From Cyanobacteria bacterium OTE_58_metabat_593 (GTDB lineage Bacteria > Cyanobacteriota > Cyanobacteriia > Cyanobacteriales > Microcoleaceae), in contig JANMLZ010000082.1 in assembly GCA_031372825.1 (NCBI GenBank), positions 1-26,991 of the forward strand: 26,991 nucleotides of DNA, given 5' to 3'. Within the stretch, counting starts at the first letter, position 1, and each line of letters opens with the position of its first letter. Below the pieces are notes generated by a model. The model made no database searches. It was not told the origin of the DNA and saw nothing but the letters and a program-made list of their open reading frames with translations. Below, piece by piece: positions 8,519-16,430 of this stretch. Made by a program: the position numbers and the translations under genes.

Positions 8519-9577
8519 TTACAGAGCATTACCGCGAGGCAGAACTTCTTCTGGGAAGATGAAGTTTTCGTGTGGTTGGTCAGTTGGAGCCATCCAAGCA
8601 CGAATGCCTTCGTTCAGCAGAATGTTCTTAGTGTAGAACGTTTCAAACTCAGGATCTTCAGCAGCGCGAAGTTCTTGGGATACGAAGTCATAGGCGCGCA
8701 GGTTTAATGCTAAACCGACGATGCCCAAAGAGCTCATCCACAAGCCTGTGACGGGGACGAACAACATGAAGAAGTGCAACCAGCGCTTGTTGGAGAAGGC
8801 AATTCCGAAGATTTGGCTCCAAAAACGGTTAGCTGTAACCATCGAGTAGGTTTCTTCAGACTGAGTTGGGTTGAAGGCGCGGAAGGTGTTTGAACCTTCG
8901 CCATCTTCAAACAGGGTGTTTTCCACGGTTGCACCGTGAATAGCGCACAATAGCGCACCGCCCAAGATGCCTGCAACGCCCATCATGTGGAAGGGGTTGA
9001 GCGTCCAGTTATGGAAGCCTTGCAGGAACAATAGGAAGCGGAAAATTGCTGCAACGCCGAAACTGGGGGCGAAGAACCAGCCTGATTGACCCAAGGGGTA
9101 AAGCAGGAACACTGACACAAACACGGCGATAGGGCCGGTGAATGCTAGGGCGTTGTAGGGACGGATGCCGACTAAACGGGAGATTTCGATCTGACGCAGG
9201 CAAAAGCCGATCAGTGCGAAAGCGCCGTGGAGGGCGACAAATGCCCACAGGCCACCGAGTTGGAACCAGCGGGTGAAGTCCCACTGTGCTTCGGGGCCCC
9301 ACAGGAACAGCAAGGAATGTCCGAGGCTGTTAGCTGGGGTGGATACTGCTACGGTGAGGAAGTTGGCTCCTTCAAGGTAGGAGCTTGCCAAACCGTGGGT
9401 GTACCAGGATGTGACGAAGGTGGTGCCTGTCAACCAGCCACCGATGGCCATGTAGGCGCATGGGAATAGCAAGATGCCAGACCAACCTACGAACACGAAA
9501 CGATCGCGCTTGAGCCAGTCGTCGAGTACATCAAAGATGCCTCTTTCGTTCTGGGCGCGTCCGACTGCGATTGTCAT
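8519..9577 (-). CDS. psbD: Photosystem II D2 reaction-centre protein
   Basis: 352 aa starting [34 protein letters not shown] and ending [15 protein letters not shown] sits about 9 nt upstream of ATG 9577. The ORF-track start at 9592 is an upstream TTG. Confidence 0.97.
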   Translation of the reverse strand: MTIAVGRAQNERGIFDVLDDWLKRDRFVFVGWSGILLFPCAYMAIGGWLTGTTFVTSWYTHGLASSYLEGANFLTVAVSTPANSLGHSLLFLWGPEAQWDFTRWFQLGGLWAFVALHGAFALIGFCLRQIEISRLVGIRPYNALAFTGPIAVFVSVFLLYPLGQSGWFFAPSFGVAAIFRFLLFLQGFHNWTLNPFHMMGVAGILGGALLCAIHGATVENTLFEDGEGSNTFRAFNPTQSEETYSMVTANRFWSQIFGIAFSNKRWLHFFMLFVPVTGLWMSSLGIVGLALNLRAYDFVSQELRAAEDPEFETFYTKNILLNEGIRAWMAPTDQPHENFIFPEEVLPRGNAL

Positions 9578-9888
9578 AGCGGAAATCTCCAAATGGATAT
9601 AATTACAACGGATCTGTGTCTAGTCAGTAATCTTCAACTGTTGATTCTGCTTAGCAGAAAACGAGTTGGATTATGAACAGACTTTACTTTTCTTTACCGT
9701 AATCATGATTATACGGGTAATTCTTTACAAGAGCAAGCATTTCTTAATAATTTTTCCGGATCTTCAGTGATTCCCTGAGTCTCGGGAGTCCGGGAAGCCC
9801 CGGAAGTCCCCAAAGTTGCTCGTCTGCATTTCGGAACTTCTACTATATATACTGATGATAGAGTTCCAGACTTAGGTTTTAAGACTAT

Positions 9889-10164
9889 ATGTTCAGCATT
9901 GACATCATTGTGAAGAGCACGCCCGTGTCGCTTTCGGTGCAGCGGAAGTTGGAAGAGGACGCTGTGACTGTTTATCAGCAGGTTCTGGAGGCGATTCGCA
10001 ACTCCCAACCGCAAATTTTGGAACTCACCTGTGAGAAAAATCCTGAGAAAAAAGTAGCTGTCCTTAGCAGCGAGATTTCTGGGGTGGTGGTTTCTCAGAA
10101 ATCGGGTACTTCGTCTACAGGCAGATCCCCGGGTTTTGTCTCGATGGCGGCGATGGCAGAATGA
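9889..10164 (+). CDS. Hypothetical 91-aa protein, translationally coupled to the downstream ABC ATPase
   Basis: Clean ORF with balanced composition. Its stop overlaps the next start (ATGA at 10161-10164). No family was recognised. Confidence 0.55.
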   Translation: MFSIDIIVKSTPVSLSVQRKLEEDAVTVYQQVLEAIRNSQPQILELTCEKNPEKKVAVLSSEISGVVVSQKSGTSSTGRSPGFVSMAAMAE

Positions 10165-10859
10165 GGGCTGGGGGTGTTGATGCCGATATGATTCAGTCAG
10201 CGGTTGCTGTGCGGGATTTGTGTTTTAGCTGGCCGTCGGGCGATCGAGTTTTGCAAGGTTGCTCTCTCGATGTACCCAAGGGCGAGTTTTGGATGCTTTT
10301 GGGTACTAACGGTAGTGGCAAATCTACGCTGCTGAGGCTGATGGCTGGGCTGCTGCACCCCCAGTCGGGTGAAATTGACCTGGCTGGGCGGATTGGTTTT
10401 GTGTTCCAAAACCCGGATCATCAACTGGTGATGCCGACGGTGGGTGCGGATGTGGCTTTTGGTTTGGTGGAGGAACAGTTGTCTAATCTTCAGGTGCGGG
10501 CGAGGGTGGCGGAGGCTTTGGAGGCTGTGAATTTGCTGGAGTTGCAGCGGCGGCCGATTTATGCTTTGAGTGGGGGACAGAAACAACGGATTGCGCTGGC
10601 TGGGGCGATCGCCCGTCACTGCGAAATTCTATTATTAGATGAACCGACGGCTTTGTTAGATCCTGATTCGCAGTTGGATTTGGTGGCGGCGGTGCAGCGG
10701 TTGGTGAAAGATCGCGGGATTACGGCTTTGTGGGTGACTCACCGTTTGGATGAGTTGAATTATTGTGATGGGGCTTTTTTGTTGGAGAAGGGCCAAGTTG
10801 TCGATCGGGGAGATCCGGCGCGTTTGAAGCAGCGGTTGATGCAAAATGCCGATGTTTAG
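10161..10859 (+). CDS. ABC transporter ATP-binding protein, CbiO/EcfA-like
   Basis: Walker A GTNGSGKST, signature LSGGQKQR, Walker B ILLLDEPT and H-loop VTH. No permease gene is adjacent. An alternative start is the Met at 10188. Confidence 0.9.
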   Translation: MRAGGVDADMIQSAVAVRDLCFSWPSGDRVLQGCSLDVPKGEFWMLLGTNGSGKSTLLRLMAGLLHPQSGEIDLAGRIGFVFQNPDHQLVMPTVGADVAFGLVEEQLSNLQVRARVAEALEAVNLLELQRRPIYALSGGQKQRIALAGAIARHCEILLLDEPTALLDPDSQLDLVAAVQRLVKDRGITALWVTHRLDELNYCDGAFLLEKGQVVDRGDPARLKQRLMQNADV

Positions 10860-10892
10860 CGTAGAAATCAAAGAGTCGCTAGGAGCAAAAAA

Positions 10893-11147
10893 ATGACCAT
10901 TGAAAATGCCATTATCGATAAGGTGCGGGTATTGTCACCCCAAAAGCAACAAGAGGTATTAGCGTTCATCGAGTTTTTGGATACTGATGAGTGGGAGGAT
11001 ATCTATAGAGGGCGGTTTAAGGAACTCCAGCAAGAAGTGCTGATCGGAATTGAGGCGGCGGATCGAGGAGATGTCATTGATGCTGACGTGATGTTTCAAA
11101 GGTTGCGGGAGAAACTACGGCAGCAGCAAGCTCAGGTAGGTCAATGA
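10893..11147 (+). CDS. Type II antitoxin, ParD/RelB-like with a DUF2281-like N-terminus
   Basis: VLSPQKQQEVLAFIEFL at the N-terminus and GIEAADRGDVIDADVMFQRLREKL at the C-terminus, typical of ParD-type antitoxins. An ATGA overlap links it to the downstream toxin remnant. Confidence 0.7.
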   Translation: MTIENAIIDKVRVLSPQKQQEVLAFIEFLDTDEWEDIYRGRFKELQQEVLIGIEAADRGDVIDADVMFQRLREKLRQQQAQVGQ

Positions 11148-11242
11148 GTAATCGTGCTCTTGAGGAAGGGGTTGAAGTTTTGCGAGTCGTCAGCGGTTAT
11201 CGGGATTTACGGGTTCTATTCTCACAATCTGATGAGGATTGA
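11144..11242 (+). pseudogene. ParE/RelE-family toxin remnant (32 codons, C-terminal part only)
   Basis: My translation is MSNRALEEGVEVLRVVSGYRDLRVLFSQSDED. VEVLRVVSGYRDL matches the conserved C-terminal (V/I)xILRVxHGxRDL of ParE toxins. The N-terminal two thirds of a normal toxin are absent. Confidence 0.5.
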
Positions 11243-11322
11243 CCGTGTGAGTGAGTACGTATGAAGTATTAGAAATTGAATAGTTTCAATATAAGGTAGC
11301 AGCGTGCCAGCTTGATACTAAA

Positions 11323-12111
11323 TCAATCTCGCAATCCTCGATCGTGCAACCAAGCATTTGCCCAAATTGTATCGGCTTCTGACAGCGCTGGTATGACTTC
11401 CCAGTTGCGATAATCTATCTTCAGGTCATAACTTGCGATGTCATAAATTTGAGTGAATAATTCCTGCAAATCAATGATAGGTTCGATGTCGCCCGATCGC
11501 AGTGGCAGAGGAAAGGCAGGCATCGGATTCTGCACGTTAAAAGCGTACAAATCTGCTCTGGGACGGCGATTTCCCCGACACACTAAAACGCTATAGTGGC
11601 TTTCCACATTATTGCCAATAACTGGCATTTTTCGACCGCGCCGCAATAAATCTATTTCAATTAAATGAGTACGAGTGGATAAGATTTCTTCTCGCTTTTC
11701 TTCATACATTTGTCGTCCTTTTCCTGTGCGCTTATTGCTAGGTGATAGGATTTCAATAACTGTGATTAATTCTTCGTTTCCCCTTTCTCTAATTTCTAAA
11801 TAGCCTTCCCGAACCTGGTAAGGCATGGGAATACTTACTGTTAATGGTTGTGTCGGTGGCTCTGCAACCGCTACGTTTGATGCGATTAATTCGGTTGTGG
11901 TTCTTGGCTGAATTACGTTTACATCAGGAATGCCAATTGATAAATTGTCGTCAGCCGTTTCATACATTCTCACTTCTACAGACACTAAATACTTAGGACG
12001 TAGTTGCGGAGATAACAATCTGGCAATTTCAATAATTAGCCAGTGGTGTAAGGCAGGCCAGAGTTCTGGATGCTCTAAATACGGGTCCATACCAGGGAAG
12101 GGAGATGGCAT
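11323..12111 (-). CDS. DUF4058 family protein
   Basis: Characteristic N-terminus MPSPFPGMDPYLEHPELWPALHHWLI. Internal IPDV ... VIEILSPSNK resembles the PD-(D/E)xK-type motif of Uma2/DUF820 proteins. Confidence 0.8.
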   Translation of the reverse strand: MPSPFPGMDPYLEHPELWPALHHWLIIEIARLLSPQLRPKYLVSVEVRMYETADDNLSIGIPDVNVIQPRTTTELIASNVAVAEPPTQPLTVSIPMPYQVREGYLEIRERGNEELITVIEILSPSNKRTGKGRQMYEEKREEILSTRTHLIEIDLLRRGRKMPVIGNNVESHYSVLVCRGNRRPRADLYAFNVQNPMPAFPLPLRSGDIEPIIDLQELFTQIYDIASYDLKIDYRNWEVIPALSEADTIWANAWLHDRGLRD

Positions 12112-12223
12112 TGATGTGACTCCTTGACTTAAGTCTATTTACAGTTTAGCAAGATTAGTCGGTCGGCGGGTTTGAGTCCCCGCCGGAATCTGGCAACAAA
12201 CGCAAGATATCAGTTCGATCGCA

Positions 12224-12466
12224 TTAAACTTCGATCGCCAATTGCATCGGAATTGGCACGGTGTTTTCATCCAATACAGACACCGCATTCACGAACACAA
12301 TTGTATGCGGGACTGCGGGCATTAAGCGGCGCAGTGCATTTAGGTAAGATTCAGCATCGCGGCGGCGGGCGAAACGGGCGACTGTTAACCGCTGGCAGTT
12401 GGGGAGGTGGCGAATTAGATGCCAAGGTTGAAGTCGATCGCGATATGTCGGTTCTTTTGGTATCAT
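12224..12466 (-). CDS. Small hypothetical protein (80 aa)
   Basis: The minus-strand reading (LQPWHLIRHLPNCQRLTVARFARRRDAESYLNALRRLMP) looks more protein-like than the overlapping Arg/Gly-rich plus-strand ORF. It resembles small conserved cyanobacterial proteins from memory only. Confidence 0.45.
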   Translation of the reverse strand: MIPKEPTYRDRLQPWHLIRHLPNCQRLTVARFARRRDAESYLNALRRLMPAVPHTIVFVNAVSVLDENTVPIPMQLAIEV

Positions 12467-12593
12467 AGGAAAATCCTTCCCACTTTTGTGGGTGGTGAAT
12501 GAAAGGCGATCGCTCTTGATTTATCAGGTCGGAGGGCGATCGCTATTAACTGTATATATTAAAAGCTATGAGCATAGCTGCTGTCAAGCATAA

Positions 12594-12806
12594 ATGGGAT
12601 TAATTCGGTTGCGAGTTCGAGAACTAGCTGAGGAAAAGGGTTGGACGCTGAAAGAAGTCTCTGACAGAACGGGAATTCCCTACAGTACGGTTAAAAAATA
12701 CGCCCAAGCTCCAAAAATGGCAACGGTGGACTACACGGCTTTGCAGAAACTTGCTGAAGTCTTCGATGTGATGGTGGAAGACTTGGTTGAGGTTTTGGAA
12801 CGGTAA
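12594..12806 (+). CDS. XRE/Cro-C1 family HTH transcriptional regulator (70 aa)
   Basis: LRELAEEKGWTLKEVSDRTGIPYSTVKKYAQ is a canonical Cro/C1 HTH. Confidence 0.85.
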   Translation: MGLIRLRVRELAEEKGWTLKEVSDRTGIPYSTVKKYAQAPKMATVDYTALQKLAEVFDVMVEDLVEVLER

Positions 12807-12835
12807 ACTGATTTGTCGTTGGGAATATGGGTAGT

Positions 12836-12922
12836 CAGAAACCGGGTTTTTCCGGGAAAAATTCGCTACAGCCCGCAGACTCGGTAAAAACCCGGTTTCT
12901 TTGGTCGCAGCACGCAAGTCCT
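12836..12922 (+). repeat. MITE-like hairpin repeat, copy a
   Basis: 65-nt core (12836-12900) with a perfect 15-bp internal inverted repeat AGAAACCGGGTTTTT / AAAAACCCGGTTTCT. It matches the core at 15820-15884 at 54 of 65 positions in the same orientation. It is followed by CACGCAAGTCCT, which resembles the AGGACTTACGCA terminal repeat seen at 24533 and 24633. Confidence 0.6.
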
Positions 12923-13019
12923 GACTGATTAGTCGCTCTTTGCAGTAAAAATACGCATATTGGAATTTTCCGGTTGTAGACTAGAGTCAGGAGTTGTTCA
13001 GTCTGCCGGAGTTAGATCG

Positions 13020-13511
13020 ATGCCAATTAATCGTCTGTCTGATATACAAGAAAGTTTGGAATTGCTGCAAGAGCAATTAGGTGGCAAGCAGAAAGCTCTA
13101 AATTTTGCACCGCAAGAAGAAAAGATCCGAATTAAACAGCAAATTCGAGAGCTACGCAAGGAGATTCGGGAGCAGGAAAAGGAGTATTGGCAGGTTCTGG
13201 CTAGGCAAACGCAAACAGCGGACATTCCCGAACCGGAAGCTGAGATTATTGTTGCCGAGATTGTCGAAGAAGTTGGGCAAATTGAAGTGCAGCGACAGTA
13301 TTCCGATGAAGTGCTTCAGATTTTGCAGCAGATTCGGGACAAGCTGAACGAACCGGGACCGACAGCAGCCGCGAAACTTAAAGGCGTAATCTCAAGCATT
13401 CCGCCGTTTGTAGGAATTTCCTACGAGGCAGAATTGGATACAGAGAATTTTTTACAGCAGCATTTTCCAACGTTTCGGGAATGGGCTAAAGTATTAGCAA
13501 AAAAGTCCTAG
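13020..13511 (+). CDS. Coiled-coil protein (163 aa from ATG 13020); possibly the N-terminal module of the downstream STAND NTPase
   Basis: GGAG lies 8 nt upstream of ATG 13020; the track start at 12960 is a TTG. There is a heptad-rich K/E/Q segment (QEEKIRIKQQIRELRKEIREQEKEYW). It ends GCA AAA AAG TCC TAG. No enzymatic motif was recognised. Confidence 0.65.
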   Translation: MPINRLSDIQESLELLQEQLGGKQKALNFAPQEEKIRIKQQIRELRKEIREQEKEYWQVLARQTQTADIPEPEAEIIVAEIVEEVGQIEVQRQYSDEVLQILQQIRDKLNEPGPTAAAKLKGVISSIPPFVGISYEAELDTENFLQQHFPTFREWAKVLAKKS

Positions 13512-13540
13512 ACCTGGAGCAAAAAACACCCAATCCAGGT
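13499..13540 (+). promoter_or_regulatory. Candidate -1 ribosomal frameshift (or homopolymer-slippage) cassette: A_AAA_AAG heptamer, 6-nt spacer, 7-bp hairpin
   Basis: The heptamer at 13499-13505 is in the zero frame of the upstream ORF, two codons before its TAG. Stem ACCTGGA (13512-13518) pairs with TCCAGGT (13534-13540). The -1 frame is open from 13490 into the NB-ARC ORF. Confidence 0.45.
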
Positions 13541-13615
13541 TTCACAAGTTTTTACCAACTTTACGATATTCCCTCCGAACTAGGTTCCAAAAACTTTGTC
13601 GGGCGGGATGAGGAA

Positions 13616-15787
13616 ATGCAGCAATTGCACGGATTGTTGCAGGATGGAAATCGCGTTGCGATCGCGGCTGTGTCGGGAATGGGCGGCATCGGCAAGACAG
13701 AATTGGCATGGCAGTATGCAACATTTCACCGCGAATCTAACACTTATCCAGCGGGGATTTGGTGGCTGTTTGTGCGGGAAATCGATTTAGCGCCGCAGGT
13801 GTTGCAAAAAGCACTGCGAATGGGAATTCAGCCGCCGGATACTCTCGACAATCTGGAGGAACGGTTGCAGTTTTGCTACGAAGAGTGGGCAAAAAAAACC
13901 TCTGGGAATGCTCTGCTGGTATTGGATGATGTCATTGATTACCGCGCGGTGCAGCCGTTGCTGCCTCGAAATCCCCGCTTTAAGGTGTTGCTGACAGCGC
14001 GACAAATTGTGCCTCCACCTGTGGGGTGTTTGCCGTTAAAAGTGTTGAAACCAGAGGCGGCGCTAAACTTGCTGCGGCTGACGGCTGGGGATTTGCCGGG
14101 AAACGGGCTGGGACGGATTGATGCCCAGCTTGAAGATGCTGAAGCGCTTTGTCAGTGGTTGGATTATTTGCCTTTGGGCATCGAACTGGTGGGGCGCTAT
14201 CTGCGACGCAAGCGCGCGCTGTCCGTGGCAGAAATGCTGCAACGGTTGCAGAGTCAGCGATTGGAGGCGCGGGCATTGCAGGAGGCGGAAGCTGGGATGA
14301 CGGCTAGGCGCGGAGTGGCGGCAGCCTTTGAGTTGAGTTGGGCGGAGTTGAAACCTGCCGCGCGGACGCTGGGGTGTCTGCTGAGCGTGTTTGCTCTGGC
14401 TCCGATTCCTTGGGAGTTGGTAGCTGACTGTTTGTCGGATTGGGATGAGGAGGAGTTGGAGGATTGTCGGGATTACGAACTGCTGGAACAAAGTTTGCTG
14501 TCGCTGGTGGAGGATGAAAGCTCAGATCCGGCTCAATCTGGGCTGGTGCAGCCACGCTATCAACTTCATGCTTTGATTCGGGAGTTTTTTGCGGCGAAAT
14601 TGCAGGGACGGGCCGATGCGGAGAATTTGCGGAGAGGCTTTGCTGTGGTGTTGACGGCGGTGGGGAAGACGATTCCGTATGTGGTGGCGCTGGAGGTGCA
14701 GGAACGGGTAAAGGAGGCGCTGCCGCATTTGGCGGTGGTGGCGGAGCAATGGTCCCAATTGGTGCAAGATAGCGATGATGCCGTGTTGTCTTTTACGGGG
14801 TTAGCGCGGGTTGCCGAGAGCCAGAGTTTGTGGGCAGAGGCGGAGAAGTGGTATCAAGCTTGCCTCCAGATGACGGAGGAACGCTACGGAGCCGAGCATC
14901 CCAATACGGGATTGAGCTTGAACAATCTGGCGGGGATGTACAAGTCAATGGGGCGCTATTCAGAGGCGGAACCCTTGTTAGAGAGAGCGCTCGCTATCAG
15001 AGAACAGCAGCTCGGAGCTGACCATCCCGATACGTCTAACAGTTTAAACAATCTGGGAGAACTGTACCGAGCAATGGGGCGCTACCCAGAGGCGCTACCC
15101 TTGTTAGAGCGATCGCTCGCTATCAGAGAGCAGCAGCTCGGAGCCGACAATCCTTATACAGCAGCGGGTTTGAACAATTTGGCAGTGCTGTACCATGAAA
15201 TGGGCCGCTACTCGGAGGCGGAACCCTTGTTAGTGCGATCGCTCTCAATCAGGGAGCAACAGCTCGGAGCCGACCATCCCAGTACAGCATTGAGTTTGAA
15301 CAATCTGGCATGGCTGTACGAGTCAATGGGACGCTACCCGGAGGCGGAACCCTTGTATTTGCGATCAATTTCGATTAACGAACAACAGCTCGGAGCCTAC
15401 CATCCCAATACGGCAATGAGTTTGATCAATCTGGCAGTCCTGTACAAGGTAATGGGACGTTACCCGGAGGCAGAACCCTTGTATTTGCGATCAATTTCGA
15501 TCCACGAACAGCAGCTTGGAGCCGACCATCCCAGTACAGCATTGAGTTTGAACAATCTGGCACAGCTATACCGTGCAATGCGTCGCTACCCGGAGGCGGA
15601 ACCCTTGTATTTGCGATCGTTAGAAATCTCGTTTCACCGATTGGGAGAGGAACATCCAAATACCCAAACCTTTTGGAGGAATTTCATTGATTGTCTTCGG
15701 GAGGCGATATCAGCGGGTCAAGACTCGCAACTTTCCCAGCATCCAACAACGCAAGCAATACTTCAGCAACTTCGGGAGATGGAGTAG
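13616..15787 (+). CDS. STAND NTPase: NB-ARC-type P-loop domain plus kinesin-light-chain-type TPR array
   Basis: Walker A GMGGIGKTELA lies only about 20 aa after the annotated Met, and Walker B is LLVLDDV. Six full 42-aa TPR units (LGADHPxTAxSLNNLAxLYxxMGRYxEAEPL) plus a cap follow. The conserved NFVGRDEE segment lies upstream of ATG 13616 in the same frame, so the 5' end as called is probably incomplete. Confidence 0.9.
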   Translation: MQQLHGLLQDGNRVAIAAVSGMGGIGKTELAWQYATFHRESNTYPAGIWWLFVREIDLAPQVLQKALRMGIQPPDTLDNLEERLQFCYEEWAKKTSGNALLVLDDVIDYRAVQPLLPRNPRFKVLLTARQIVPPPVGCLPLKVLKPEAALNLLRLTAGDLPGNGLGRIDAQLEDAEALCQWLDYLPLGIELVGRYLRRKRALSVAEMLQRLQSQRLEARALQEAEAGMTARRGVAAAFELSWAELKPAARTLGCLLSVFALAPIPWELVADCLSDWDEEELEDCRDYELLEQSLLSLVEDESSDPAQSGLVQPRYQLHALIREFFAAKLQGRADAENLRRGFAVVLTAVGKTIPYVVALEVQERVKEALPHLAVVAEQWSQLVQDSDDAVLSFTGLARVAESQSLWAEAEKWYQACLQMTEERYGAEHPNTGLSLNNLAGMYKSMGRYSEAEPLLERALAIREQQLGADHPDTSNSLNNLGELYRAMGRYPEALPLLERSLAIREQQLGADNPYTAAGLNNLAVLYHEMGRYSEAEPLLVRSLSIREQQLGADHPSTALSLNNLAWLYESMGRYPEAEPLYLRSISINEQQLGAYHPNTAMSLINLAVLYKVMGRYPEAEPLYLRSISIHEQQLGADHPSTALSLNNLAQLYRAMRRYPEAEPLYLRSLEISFHRLGEEHPNTQTFWRNFIDCLREAISAGQDSQLSQHPTTQAILQQLREME
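14880..15640 (+). repeat. Tandem 126-bp coding repeats (about six 42-aa TPR units) with high nucleotide identity
   Basis: Recurrent CAGCAGCTCGGAGCCGACCATCCC ... GGGCGCTACCCGGAGGCGGAACCCTTG blocks occur at 126-bp spacing. Confidence 0.8.
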
Positions 15788-15801
15788 CTGTTGTTTAAAT
15801 T

Positions 15802-15904
15802 AGGATTTACGCATAGGCCCAGAAACCGGGTTTTTTCCAGAATACTTTGTCACACCCTGCAAACTCGGTAAAAACCCGGTTTCTCTGACGAAGCGCATAA
15901 TTCC
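15802..15904 (+). repeat. MITE-like hairpin repeat, copy b
   Basis: Same 65-nt core as copy a (15820-15884). It is flanked by degenerate terminal repeats AGGATTTACGCAT (15802-15814) and GCGCATAATTCC (15893-15904). Confidence 0.6.
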
Positions 15905-16037
15905 CGATCGCACTTAATTCCGCAAATCCTCAAAATCACAAAAATCCTCAATCCCGGCACGAATTGCCAAAAGTGCGATCGGCATTGCCAGCCTTGATGA
16001 AAACCCGCTATGGGAAGACCATAACTTGCAATATAAT

Positions 16038-16430
16038 TCAATCAACAGACTGAACAGAATTTTCTTCCAACCACTTCGCTAACGTATCCTGGGTTTCCCC
16101 ATCAGATGCTAACCGTTCCATTATCCCCACAACTTCCATCTCAGGAACCTCAAGAGAATATCCATTTACTTCAAGGAAAGTTGCCATCACAGCAAACGCT
16201 GTTCTTTTATTACCATCTATAAAAGGATGATTCTTTGTCAAACCATAGCCATAGGCTGCTGCTAACTCAAACAAAGTCGGTTCACCATAGGCAAATAGAT
16301 GCCTCGGTCTAGCTAGACTAGCTGAAAGAAGATTTTCATCTCTAATTCCCGGACTACCGCCATGCTGAACAATTTGATCTGCATGAATCATTGTTGCTAT
16401 TTCTTCTGCCATCCAAAATGGTTCGCTCAT
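16038..16430 (-). CDS. doc: Doc (death-on-curing) Fic-fold toxin
   Basis: Fic/Doc motif HPFIDGNKRTAF in 130 aa. An ATGA overlap links it to the upstream antitoxin gene. Confidence 0.9.
   Translation of the reverse strand: MSEPFWMAEEIATMIHADQIVQHGGSPGIRDENLLSASLARPRHLFAYGEPTLFELAAAYGYGLTKNHPFIDGNKRTAFAVMATFLEVNGYSLEVPEMEVVGIMERLASDGETQDTLAKWLEENSVQSVD

Noticed and set aside
9709-10014. 101-aa minus-strand ORF upstream of psbD
   Set aside because: It overlaps the better plus-strand ORF 9889-10164, which is translationally coupled to the ABC ATPase. Its composition is poor, and the region is more likely the psbD promoter and leader.
12164-12185. GC-rich hairpin CGGCGGG-TTTGAGTC-CCCGCCG resembling a tRNA T-arm or att-site remnant
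   Set aside because: The loop is 8 nt and has T where the invariant C56 should be. No acceptor stem or the rest of a tRNA lies upstream. It could be a tRNA-3'-end relic marking an integration site, but that cannot be supported from this window alone.
12172-12468. 98-aa plus-strand ORF overlapping the 80-aa minus-strand ORF
   Set aside because: It is an Arg/Gly-rich, low-complexity translation typical of an antisense shadow frame. The minus-strand reading looks more protein-like.
14880-15640. Regular direct repeats that a repeat finder might flag as CRISPR-like (also 24640-26628)
   Set aside because: The repeat periods of 126 bp and 681 bp lie in frame inside long ORFs encoding TPR and crystallin domains. 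There are no short repeat/unique-spacer units, and no cas genes are present.
13787-15659. Multiple antisense or alternative-frame ORFs (60-142 aa) inside the NB-ARC/TPR gene. Similar shadow ORFs lie inside the porin, tnpB, HD-GYP, psbD, ABC ATPase, pstS, pstC, pstA and crystallin genes.
   Set aside because: All are nested within strongly supported genes. They have Pro/Arg/Gln-rich biased composition and no recognisable motifs.
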